Assembly: GCA_041651035.1 (NCBI GenBank)
Contig: JBAZKC010000002.1
Span: forward strand, 120,697-184,696
Source: Candidatus Omnitrophota bacterium
GTDB lineage: Bacteria; Omnitrophota; Gorgyraeia; Gygaellales; Profunditerraquicolaceae
Reading direction: 5' to 3'
Length of the DNA stretch: 64,000 bases
This document shows positions 56,414 through 64,000 of this stretch, one piece after another. The position numbers were made by a program, and so were the translations under genes. Positions within the stretch are counted from its first letter, which is position 1. Every line of letters begins with the position of its first letter. Under the pieces are notes generated by a model, which did no database searches, was not told the origin of the DNA, and was given only the letters and a program-made list of their open reading frames with translations.

Positions 56414-56818
56414 ATGAAGAGTGGAATAACCTTAAAAGAAGCGATAAAGTTTCATGGGCACTTAGGGCCATATCTGGTTTTAGGTATTTTAGCCGGCCTC
56501 CTGGCCTTAAAGAAATTAAGATGCAAGAAATATTTCGGTTTAAAAGTAATAGTCCAGGGGGCTCTTAAGAAACCAAAATCCTGCCTTATCGACGGCTTGC
56601 AGCTATCCACAGGAGCAACTTACGGCAAAGGAAATATTAGAAAATTGGATGGGCGCGAAATAAAAATAGATTTCCGAGGCCCTGCCGGATATAAAAAAGT
56701 TACCCTTAAGTTAAGAAAAGCCCTTATACAGAGGTTAGAAAAAACCCAAACCCATAAAGATTCGGAATTATTAGCAAAACAGTTATATAATACTGACCCC
56801 TTAAAACTGTTTATATAA
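56414..56818 (+). CDS. FmdE/FwdE-family domain protein
   Basis: FHGHLGPYLVLG (HGH motif with the usual Cys replaced by Gly) and CLIDGLQLSTGATYGKGN match the FmdE fold signature. Confidence 0.6.
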   Translation: MKSGITLKEAIKFHGHLGPYLVLGILAGLLALKKLRCKKYFGLKVIVQGALKKPKSCLIDGLQLSTGATYGKGNIRKLDGREIKIDFRGPAGYKKVTLKLRKALIQRLEKTQTHKDSELLAKQLYNTDPLKLFI

Positions 56819-56820
56819 AC

Positions 56821-58149
56821 ATGGCGCTTTCAGGATTAGATATTTATAAGTTATTGCCTAAAACTAATTGCCGCGAATGCGGATTCGCGACCTGCCTTGC
56901 TTTTGCCATGGCCTTGGCTAAAAAAACGGTAAATATTGACAAGTGCCCTTTTTTAAGCGCGGAGGCGAAGAAAATATTAGAGGCATCCAGCCTTCCGCCT
57001 ATAAAGTTAGTTTCTGTCGGCGCGGGAGAAAATAAGTTAGAGATCGGCAGTGAAACTGTAATGTTCCGCCACGAAGAGAAATTCTATCACCCCAGCGGCC
57101 TGGGTTTTATTATTGAAGACAGCTTAAGAGACCTGGAAATAAAACAGAGGTTGGAAAGAATAAACAACCTGCGATTTGAACGCATAGGGCAATTTCTTAA
57201 TGTGGATCTTGTGGCGATAAGGCAGAACAAGGGGGTAAAAAGATTTGTTGAAGCGGTAAAGTTAGTTTCAGATAATACTTCCTTAGCGCTTGTTTTGATG
57301 AGTGATGATCTGGAAGGGTTGAGGCAGGCGTTAGAAATAACCAAACATAGGAGGCCGTTAATTTACCGCGCGACTAAAGATAATGCCGCTTTAATTGCCG
57401 GCCTGGCAAGCGCCTATAATGTGCCGTTGGTAGTTTCAGGGGAAGACCTGGAAACAATTTCTAATCTTACCCAAGAGTTAAATAAACAAGGAGTAAACGA
57501 GTTGGTCCTGGATACGGGATTAAAGCCTATTCCGGAGAAAATCCGGGATTTAACTCAAATAAGAAGGCAGGCTCTTAAGAAATCAAACCGCAGCCTGGGG
57601 TATCCGGCTTTGGTAATAGTAGGCAGGCAAGACCCTTACACGGAGGCGATGGAGGCCGCTACTTATATTTCAAAATACGCCGGGATTGTTTTAATGGAAG
57701 GAATAGAGGCCTGGCAGGTTTTGTCGCTTTTGACCTTAAGGCAGAATATCTATACTGACCCGCAGAAACCATTGCAGATCGAACCGAAACTTTATCCTGT
57801 CGGACAGGCAAATGAAAGATCTCCCGTATTAGTTACCACTAATTTCTCCCTTACTTATTATACTGTCTTAGGCGAGGTAGAAGCAAGCAAGGTGCCCGCG
57901 CATATCTTAACTATTGATACAGAAGGCATGTCAGTGCTTACTGCCTGGGCAGCGGAGAAGTTTACTCCGGATAAAATCACCGATTTTATAAATAAATCCG
58001 GGATCGGCAGCTCGGTTTCGCACAAAAGGCTGATCATTCCCGGATATGTAGCGGTAATGAGCGGAGACCTGGAAGAAAAATCCGGCTGGCAAGTAACTGT
58101 CGGACCTAAAGAGGCGGCCGGCATACCGGCGTTCTTGAAGAATTTGTAA
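56821..58149 (+). CDS. acsC: Corrinoid iron-sulfur protein large subunit (acetyl-CoA decarbonylase/synthase gamma subunit)
   Basis: N-terminal [4Fe-4S] domain LPKTNCRECGFATCLAFAMALA...CPF; length of about 440 aa. Confidence 0.85.
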   Translation: MALSGLDIYKLLPKTNCRECGFATCLAFAMALAKKTVNIDKCPFLSAEAKKILEASSLPPIKLVSVGAGENKLEIGSETVMFRHEEKFYHPSGLGFIIEDSLRDLEIKQRLERINNLRFERIGQFLNVDLVAIRQNKGVKRFVEAVKLVSDNTSLALVLMSDDLEGLRQALEITKHRRPLIYRATKDNAALIAGLASAYNVPLVVSGEDLETISNLTQELNKQGVNELVLDTGLKPIPEKIRDLTQIRRQALKKSNRSLGYPALVIVGRQDPYTEAMEAATYISKYAGIVLMEGIEAWQVLSLLTLRQNIYTDPQKPLQIEPKLYPVGQANERSPVLVTTNFSLTYYTVLGEVEASKVPAHILTIDTEGMSVLTAWAAEKFTPDKITDFINKSGIGSSVSHKRLIIPGYVAVMSGDLEEKSGWQVTVGPKEAAGIPAFLKNL

Positions 58150-58150
58150 C

Positions 58151-60076
58151 ATGGAAAAATTCAAGGTTACATTTTATCCGGATAATAAAAGTATAACGGT
58201 AGAGAAGGATACGGCTATTCTTTCTGCCGCCATTTCCTGTGGAGTTTATATAAATGCCGTTTGCGGAGGAGATGGCGTCTGCGGCAAATGCAAAGTTATC
58301 GTTAAGAAAGGTAAGGTTATTACCCAGCCAAACGTTTCCGTAACCCAGGAAGAGAAAAATAATCATGTTTATCTTTCCTGCCTGACAACCATACATAGTG
58401 ATCTGGAAGTAGAAATCCCTCCGCAATCGAGATTAACTTTTGGTTCGATAAGCCCGGAGGAATTGGAAAAAAGGCTTAAAGGCCTATATTCCGAAGCCGA
58501 AGAAATTGATCCGGTCTCACCCAAAGAAACAGGAGGCTTTACCCATTCTCCATTGGCTACAAAACTTTATCTGGAAATTCCCCAACCGGACCTTAATGAT
58601 AGAATAAGCGACCTGGAGAGATTATACCGCGAGATCCGTAAAACCGTAGACATACCGTCTATGCAGACAGGATTAAGCAATATCAGGCAGCTTGGCGAAT
58701 TATTAAGAGACTCTGACTGGAAAGTCACGGTTACTTTAGGCAAAAGAAACGATACGGTAGAGATCGTCTTTATTGAACCGGCGGATACATCAGGCAATAA
58801 TCTCGGCCTTGCTTTTGATATCGGCACTACCACAATTTCAGGGCAGTTGATAGACTTAAATAACAAAAAGATCCTGGGGACAAAGGCAGCTTACAACAAA
58901 CAGGCAAGTTTCGGCAGTGATGTAATTACGCGGATCATCTATGCCAAAGAAGAAAACGGCCTGGATAAACTGCATAATGCCGTAACCTACACGATGAACC
59001 AGATAATAATGGAATTGACGCGGGAGCACAGTGTAGACCTCAAGGATGTTGCCTGCGTATTATGCGCGGGTAATACTACGATGATCCACCTTCTGTTGAA
59101 TATTGACCCGACATATATCAGAAGGGAACCTTATGTGCCTACGGGTAATTTTCTGCCTGTTGTTCGCGCCGCGGAAGCAGGCATAAATATAAACCCCCGT
59201 GGGCTTTTATCATGTGTCCCGGGGGTCTCCAGCTATATTGGAGGAGACACAACCGCCGGGGTGTTGTCAAGCGGCCTGTATAAGGAAGAAGACCTAAGTA
59301 TCCTGATAGACATAGGGACAAACGGGGAGATCGTATTGGGAAATAAAGATTTCTTTGTGGCTGCCGCCGCTTCTGCCGGCCCCGCTTTTGAAGGAAGCGG
59401 GCTTACCTGCGGCATGCGCGCCAGCCGCGGAGCGATCCAGAAGATAAAAATTCATCCTAAGGACCTTAGCGTAGATTTCAACACGATCGAAGGAGCTAAA
59501 CCGCGAGGAATATGTGGTTCGGGGTATATTGAGATGCTGGCTTCGATGTTATCCTGCGGCTTACTTGACAAGAACGGTAAAATAAAAGGAATAGGGCATA
59601 AGCGCGTCCGCGGCGGGAAGGAAAACAGGGAATTCGTGGCCGTGTTTAAAGAAGAATCCGGGACAGATGCCGATATAGTTATTACAGAAGCTGACATTGA
59701 AAACTTAAAGTGCGCTAAAGCCGCTATTTATTCCGCGGTCTCTATATTGGCTAAGCGCATGGATCTGAACTTATCCCAAATAAAGAAATTCTTCATCGCC
59801 GGAGGATTTGGAACTTATCTGGATATAAGCAGCGCGATTAGAATAGGATTACTTCCGGACCTAGACAGGACAAGGTTCTTTTTTATCGGTAACAGCGCTC
59901 TAGCGGGAGCGCGCGCGATGCTTATTTCTAACCAGGCGATGAAAGAAGCGGAAAGAATAGCAGGGAAGATCACTTATCTGGAATTATCAGTTGAGCCGGG
60001 ATACATGGATGAGTATGTGGCGGCCCTGTTTTTTCCGCACACGGACTTATCGCGTTTTCCCAGCGTTGATCTTTAA
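58151..60076 (+). CDS. Reductive activator of the corrinoid iron-sulfur protein (RACo; 2Fe-2S ferredoxin + ASKHA ATPase, DUF4445)
   Basis: N-terminal plant-type ferredoxin motif CGGDGVCGKC...C. About 640 aa with a C-terminal ASKHA-like domain. Sits between acsC and cooC. Confidence 0.75.
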   Translation: MEKFKVTFYPDNKSITVEKDTAILSAAISCGVYINAVCGGDGVCGKCKVIVKKGKVITQPNVSVTQEEKNNHVYLSCLTTIHSDLEVEIPPQSRLTFGSISPEELEKRLKGLYSEAEEIDPVSPKETGGFTHSPLATKLYLEIPQPDLNDRISDLERLYREIRKTVDIPSMQTGLSNIRQLGELLRDSDWKVTVTLGKRNDTVEIVFIEPADTSGNNLGLAFDIGTTTISGQLIDLNNKKILGTKAAYNKQASFGSDVITRIIYAKEENGLDKLHNAVTYTMNQIIMELTREHSVDLKDVACVLCAGNTTMIHLLLNIDPTYIRREPYVPTGNFLPVVRAAEAGININPRGLLSCVPGVSSYIGGDTTAGVLSSGLYKEEDLSILIDIGTNGEIVLGNKDFFVAAAASAGPAFEGSGLTCGMRASRGAIQKIKIHPKDLSVDFNTIEGAKPRGICGSGYIEMLASMLSCGLLDKNGKIKGIGHKRVRGGKENREFVAVFKEESGTDADIVITEADIENLKCAKAAIYSAVSILAKRMDLNLSQIKKFFIAGGFGTYLDISSAIRIGLLPDLDRTRFFFIGNSALAGARAMLISNQAMKEAERIAGKITYLELSVEPGYMDEYVAALFFPHTDLSRFPSVDL

Positions 60077-60828
60077 TGGGATACGTTATTGCCTTAGCTG
60101 GTAAAGGCGGCACCGGCAAGACTACGATTGCCGCGTTATTGGTAAGGATAATTAAAGAAAAAAAACTGGGTTCTATATTAGCGGTGGATGCTGACCCCAA
60201 TAGTAATCTTTGTGAATCGCTGGGGTTGGAATCAAAAGAAACTATAGGAAGCATTTTAGACGATATTACCGCTCATCCGGAGAAAATACCCTCCGGCATG
60301 CCTAAGGACAGGTTCATTGAATACCAGGTCCAGACTACGATCATAGAAGGCAATGGTTTTGATGTCTTAACCATGGGCAGGCCGGAAGGCCCGGGCTGCT
60401 ATTGCTATGTCAATAATATTTTAAGAAATATACTGGGTAAATTGATCAATGATTACCAGTATATTATCGTGGATAATGAAGCGGGGCTTGAACATTTTTC
60501 CCGGCGCACCACAAAAAGCGCCGATGCTTTAGTAGTTATTTCCAGCCCTACGTACGCGGGGTTAAGGGCGGCGGAGAGAATAAGCGGGTTAGCCAAAGAA
60601 TTAGGCATTAAAACCAAAAAGAACCTTTTGATCGTAAATTGTTGTGATAAGGAAATTGAGAGAGAAAGAATAAAAAGCCTGGATTTGGATTATTTAGGGC
60701 TCCTGCCGCTGGATAAGCATATAGAGCAGGCCGGTATAAGCGGGAATTCATTGCTGGAGCTGAAAGAAAACTCGCCAAGCTTGATAGCTCTTCGTAAAAT
60801 AGGAGATAAGATATGGCAATGCAATTAG
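60076..60828 (+). CDS. cooC: CooC/AcsF-family nickel-insertion accessory ATPase (MinD/ParA fold)
   Basis: Deviant Walker A AGKGGTGKTT and a conserved CxC (GCYCY) motif. Confidence 0.8.
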   Translation: MGYVIALAGKGGTGKTTIAALLVRIIKEKKLGSILAVDADPNSNLCESLGLESKETIGSILDDITAHPEKIPSGMPKDRFIEYQVQTTIIEGNGFDVLTMGRPEGPGCYCYVNNILRNILGKLINDYQYIIVDNEAGLEHFSRRTTKSADALVVISSPTYAGLRAAERISGLAKELGIKTKKNLLIVNCCDKEIERERIKSLDLDYLGLLPLDKHIEQAGISGNSLLELKENSPSLIALRKIGDKIWQCN

Positions 60829-61775
60829 CGTTAGAAAAATGGCCTGGCCGGGTCTATGAAGTAACCATAGGTGCTACTAAAGAAGAAGGGGGCAGCCGAA
60901 CGCATACCGTTAAGATCGGCGGCGCGCAGGCGCTGCCTTTCTTGTTTGACGAAGGCGCCATACCGAATAAGCCTTCTATCGCCTTTGAGATCTGTGATAT
61001 TCCGCCTGCTGATTGGCCGCAGGAATTAGTAAAGTGGTACGGCTCAGCCTTAAATGACCCGCTGGCCTTAGCGGAAAAATGCGTTAAGGAATACAAAGCG
61101 CAGATCTTATGCTTAAGGTTGCAGGGAGCGCATTCCGATTTCGGGGATAAAAGCCCTGAAGCGGAAGCAAAACTGGTAAGCCAATTATTAAAAAAAGTAA
61201 GTGTGCCCCTAATTATCCTCGGCAGCGGAGATGACGCTAAAGATAATCTGGTATTGCCTGCCTGCTGTGAAGCGGCTAAAGGAGAAAGATGTTTAGTTGG
61301 CAGCGCTGTACAGGATAATTATAAAACACTGGCTGCAGCGGTATTAGCGGACGGCCACAATATTATCGCTGAATCGCCTATAGATATAAATATTGCCAAG
61401 CAGTTGAATATCCTGATCTCAGATATGGACCTGCCTCTGGAGCGTATTGTAATAAACCCCACTATCGGCGCCTTAGGTTATGGCCTGGAGTACGCATATT
61501 CCATAATGGAGCGGGCTAGGCTTGCGGCATTATCAGGAGATAAAACAGTGGCCTCTCCGTTTATATGTTTTACCGGACAGGAAAGCTGGCGAGCCAAAGA
61601 AGCCAAGGCGGCTCAAGAAGAATTCCCCTCCTGGGGCCCTGAATCAGAGCGCGGCATAATATGGGAGACAATTACTTCGGTTGCCTTAATTCAGGCAGGA
61701 GCGGAGTTATTGGTTATGCGCCACCCCAAAGCAATCCAAAAAGTTAATGAGTATATAGATAAATTAATGAAATAG
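60813..61775 (+). CDS. acsD: Corrinoid iron-sulfur protein small subunit (acetyl-CoA decarbonylase/synthase delta subunit)
   Basis: TIM-barrel AcsD/CdhD-like sequence of about 320 aa; genomic context. Confidence 0.8.
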   Translation: MAMQLALEKWPGRVYEVTIGATKEEGGSRTHTVKIGGAQALPFLFDEGAIPNKPSIAFEICDIPPADWPQELVKWYGSALNDPLALAEKCVKEYKAQILCLRLQGAHSDFGDKSPEAEAKLVSQLLKKVSVPLIILGSGDDAKDNLVLPACCEAAKGERCLVGSAVQDNYKTLAAAVLADGHNIIAESPIDINIAKQLNILISDMDLPLERIVINPTIGALGYGLEYAYSIMERARLAALSGDKTVASPFICFTGQESWRAKEAKAAQEEFPSWGPESERGIIWETITSVALIQAGAELLVMRHPKAIQKVNEYIDKLMK

Positions 61776-61786
61776 GGGATTTAAAA

Positions 61787-62572
61787 ATGTTTATAATCGG
61801 CGAATTGATCAATGGTATGTATCAAAATATCGGCAAGGCGATAAAGGAACGGGATAAATCCGTTATCCAGAAGTGCGCGCTTCTCCAGGTTAAATCAGGC
61901 GCTGACGCTTTAGATATAAATTGCGGGCCTGCTTCCCGGCAGCCGGATTCCGATATCCAATGGTTAGTTGAGGTTATACAGGAAGTAACGGATAAACCCT
62001 TGGCCCTGGATTCCAGTAAACCGCAGGTCATTGAATCCGGGTTTAAGGTTGCCAGGAATAAAGTAATTATTAATTCTACCACTGCCGATGCGGATAAACT
62101 GGATATTTTAGTGCCTATGGCAAGAGAACATAATGCCAGGCTCATAGGATTGACCATAAGTGCTAAAGGCATACCTCAGAATAAAGACCAACGCCTGGAA
62201 TTGGCTGCTACGATCGTAGCCAGCTGTATTGATAAAGGTTTTCCCGTTGAAGACCTCTACCTTGACCCTATAGTATTACCGGTAAATGTCGCCCAGGCAC
62301 AGATGAAGGACATTTTGGAATCCATACGCGAATTTAAGATTATCTCTGATCCTTCCCCTAAAACTATAGTCGGCTTAAGTAATGTTTCACAAGGCGCCTG
62401 CCTGAGGAGCCTGATCAACCGCACGTTTCTTACCTTAGCGGCCGGCTTTGGCCTGGACGCGGCGATATTAGACCCTCTGGATCAGGCTTTAATGGACGCC
62501 TTAATTACCTCTGAACTGATTTTAAATAAACACATATACTGTGATTCGTATTTAGAGGCATACAAAAAATGA
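61787..62572 (+). CDS. acsE: Methyltetrahydrofolate:corrinoid/iron-sulfur protein methyltransferase (pterin-binding MeTr)
   Basis: 261 aa; pterin-binding-domain motifs GADALDIN...D and SNVS.G; genomic context. Confidence 0.8.
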   Translation: MFIIGELINGMYQNIGKAIKERDKSVIQKCALLQVKSGADALDINCGPASRQPDSDIQWLVEVIQEVTDKPLALDSSKPQVIESGFKVARNKVIINSTTADADKLDILVPMAREHNARLIGLTISAKGIPQNKDQRLELAATIVASCIDKGFPVEDLYLDPIVLPVNVAQAQMKDILESIREFKIISDPSPKTIVGLSNVSQGACLRSLINRTFLTLAAGFGLDAAILDPLDQALMDALITSELILNKHIYCDSYLEAYKK

Positions 62573-62955
62573 CACGCAGAAAGATCTTGAGGCATATTTT
62601 TAAATTCCACGGCATAGCAGAAAGCCTCCAATTTGCCGTAAAGGGGATCATTTATTTATTCTTATTTCATCGCAATATGCGCATAATCTTCATATTCGGG
62701 GCAGCGACATTCATCCTGGGGCTATGTTTTCATTTGGAAGGGATCCAACTCGTCTGTCTCTCTATTACTATAACCATGGTTTTCATGGCAGAGATATTTA
62801 ATACTTCTATTGAGATGCTGATGAATATGTTCACCACTAAATACCGCACCAGGATAAAGCTGATAAAGGATATCGCCGCAGCCGTGGTGTTGTTGACTTG
62901 TTTAAACGCTTTAGTTGTAGGATACGCGCTTTTCGTAAAAAAGTTGTTTAATTAA
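62569..62955 (+). CDS. dgkA: Diacylglycerol kinase (prokaryotic DgkA family membrane protein)
   Basis: About 125 aa with 3 transmembrane segments. The AEIFNTSIEMLMN motif matches the DgkA E..N(S/T).IE signature. Confidence 0.7.
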   Translation: MTRRKILRHIFKFHGIAESLQFAVKGIIYLFLFHRNMRIIFIFGAATFILGLCFHLEGIQLVCLSITITMVFMAEIFNTSIEMLMNMFTTKYRTRIKLIKDIAAAVVLLTCLNALVVGYALFVKKLFN

Positions 62956-63012
62956 AAGGCGATAAGCTTGCTTTTTAACTGTTTTATGCTAATATAAATC
63001 TTCGGTTGGCGA

Positions 63013-63090
63013 CGGCGGAGTAGCTCAGCCTGATAGAGCACGCGGCTCATACCCGCTTGGTCGGTGGTTTAAATCCACTCTCCGCCACCA
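63013..63090 (+). tRNA. tRNA with CAT anticodon (elongator Met or lysidine-modified Ile2), with a genomically encoded CCA
   Basis: Cloverleaf read by hand: acceptor ggcggag/ctccgcc; D-arm tagctcagcctgatagagc; anticodon loop ctCATac; T-arm ggtggtttaaatccacc; 3' acca. The anticodon stem lacks the three G-C pairs of initiator tRNA. Confidence 0.8.
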
Positions 63091-63117
63091 CTTTATCTTA
63101 TTAGAGAGGAGAAAAAA

Positions 63118-63549
63118 ATGGCGAATTCAGCTAAAACAGGGGTTTTATTTTTCTATATTATTCTATTTAGTTGTATCAACGCGTTTGCGCAGCAAAATGT
63201 TGGTTTTATGGCTCCTGAAGAAATACGGGAGCAGCAGATAAAAGCGAAGTTCCAGGAAATAGATACTGATAAGGACGGTTTCATAACTCCCGACGAAATG
63301 GAGGCGGAAAAGGAGAAATTCTTTAACCGGCTAGATAAGGATCAAAACGGGCTACTTGATGCGGAAGAAATGAAAGCGGATAATACGCCAATGTCGGAAG
63401 AAGCGGATAAGGATAAGGATCAAGTAGTTACTCCGGAAGAAGCCGATGCACAATTCAAAAAATACCTTAACGAGGTAGATACCGATAAGGACGGCAAGGT
63501 TTCAGAAGACGAATATACCGATTATTGGAAGTTGAGGATAAAATTCTAA
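63118..63549 (+). CDS. Secreted EF-hand calcium-binding protein
   Basis: Signal peptide plus three canonical EF loops: DTDKDGFITPDE, DKDQNGLLDAEE and DTDKDGKVSEDE. Confidence 0.75.
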   Translation: MANSAKTGVLFFYIILFSCINAFAQQNVGFMAPEEIREQQIKAKFQEIDTDKDGFITPDEMEAEKEKFFNRLDKDQNGLLDAEEMKADNTPMSEEADKDKDQVVTPEEADAQFKKYLNEVDTDKDGKVSEDEYTDYWKLRIKF

Positions 63550-63567
63550 CAAAAAGAGTAAAACGTT

Positions 63568-64000
63568 ATGGAGAATAAAGATAAAAGCAAAGAAGACCTT
63601 TTGTCAGAATTGCTCTTGGCGCATAAGTATATCGCGGACCTAGAAGCTTTGAAGGCGAGCGAAGAGAGATATAGGCAGATAGTAGAGAACGCCAACAGTA
63701 TTATCCTGCTCATGGATACTAAAGGGGATATTACTTTCTTCAACCGGTTTGCCCAAAGATTCTTTGGTTTTCGAGAAGGGGACGTCCTGGGTAAGAACGT
63801 TATCGGAACGATCGTCTCAGAAAAAGACCTGTCCGGATCAGACTTAGTAAGCACCATAAAAGACATTGTGAATAATCCGGAGCAGCATTCCGCAAATGAG
63901 AACGAGAATATGCGCAGTAACGGCGAACGCGTGCGTATCTTATGGACGAATAAAGCCATTATCGGCGATGATGGAAACGTTAAGGAAATCCTGTGTATTG
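63568..64000 (+). CDS. PAS-domain sensor protein, N-terminal fragment that continues past the window end
   Basis: Plus-strand translation: MENKDKSKEDLLSELL...YRQIVENANSIILLMDTKGDITFFNRFAQRFFGFREGDVLGKNV...NGERVRILWTNKAI is a typical PAS fold. It is missing from the ORF track because no stop codon falls inside the window. Confidence 0.7.
   Translation, partial: MENKDKSKEDLLSELLLAHKYIADLEALKASEERYRQIVENANSIILLMDTKGDITFFNRFAQRFFGFREGDVLGKNVIGTIVSEKDLSGSDLVSTIKDIVNNPEQHSANENENMRSNGERVRILWTNKAIIGDDGNVKEILCI

Noticed and set aside
63013-63090. Initiator tRNA-fMet
   Set aside because: The anticodon stem (cgcgg/ccgct) lacks the three consecutive G-C pairs adjacent to the loop. It is more likely elongator Met or tRNA-Ile2 (CAU).
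63546-63959. 137-aa minus-strand ORF from the track
   Set aside because: The plus-strand frame over the same bases encodes a clean PAS domain with a good ATG and context. The minus-strand product is low-complexity.

Overview
The window is a gene-dense, AT-rich segment of a bacterial chromosome, almost entirely plus-strand, with many overlapping stop/start codons (ATGA, TAATG) that indicate long translationally coupled operons. I would guess an uncultivated anaerobe from a candidate phylum, but taxonomy is a low-confidence inference. Most genes are recognisable housekeeping genes. In order: a partial priA, fmt, gap, pgk-tpiA-secG, glgC, a Bcd/EtfB/ferredoxin-EtfA cluster, smc, recA-recX-alaS, hisD-hisB-ruvA-scpB-pheA-hisC-DAHP synthase-tyrA-cmk-lepA-lepB-pgsA-plsY, gatCAB-ctpA-tsaD-mgtC, and one tRNA-Met(CAT).

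The non-routine content is:
- A tightly packed operon at 55.7-63.0 kb encoding the corrinoid iron-sulfur protein (AcsC, AcsD), its reductive activator RACo, a CooC/AcsF-like nickel-insertion ATPase and the methyltransferase AcsE. A LarB-like and an FmdE-like gene precede it and dgkA follows. No CODH/ACS catalytic subunit is present in the window. Immediately upstream sit a bactofilin fused to an HTH_17 DNA-binding domain and a membrane-anchored HTH_17 protein.
- An SMC with canonical head domains but no recognisable hinge. It is preceded by a PilZ protein and a small HTH_17 protein and followed by a convergent GAF-GGDEF cyclase.
- Two tandem GalT-like paralogs. The first has the catalytic His-Pro-His changed to His-Ser-Arg.
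- A ~5.7 kb accessory insertion splitting the usually contiguous gap | pgk-tpiA-secG cluster. It carries radC, an XRE regulator, a secreted Cys-rich protein, an M64-like metalloprotease, a RelE/RHH toxin-antitoxin pair and a membrane-fused spermidine-synthase-like protein. It is partitioned by a family of TTAGGGGAC-N-GTCCCCTAA palindromes.
- Two further repeat families: an AAGATATGC 22-mer combined with GCGCATT palindromes, and TAGTAGGTAG tandem repeats carrying an RBS module.
- Several probable leaderless promoters.
- Conserved N-termini with no canonical start codon (the LarB-like gene and the MFS transporter).

No CRISPR array, rRNA, integrase or transposase was seen.
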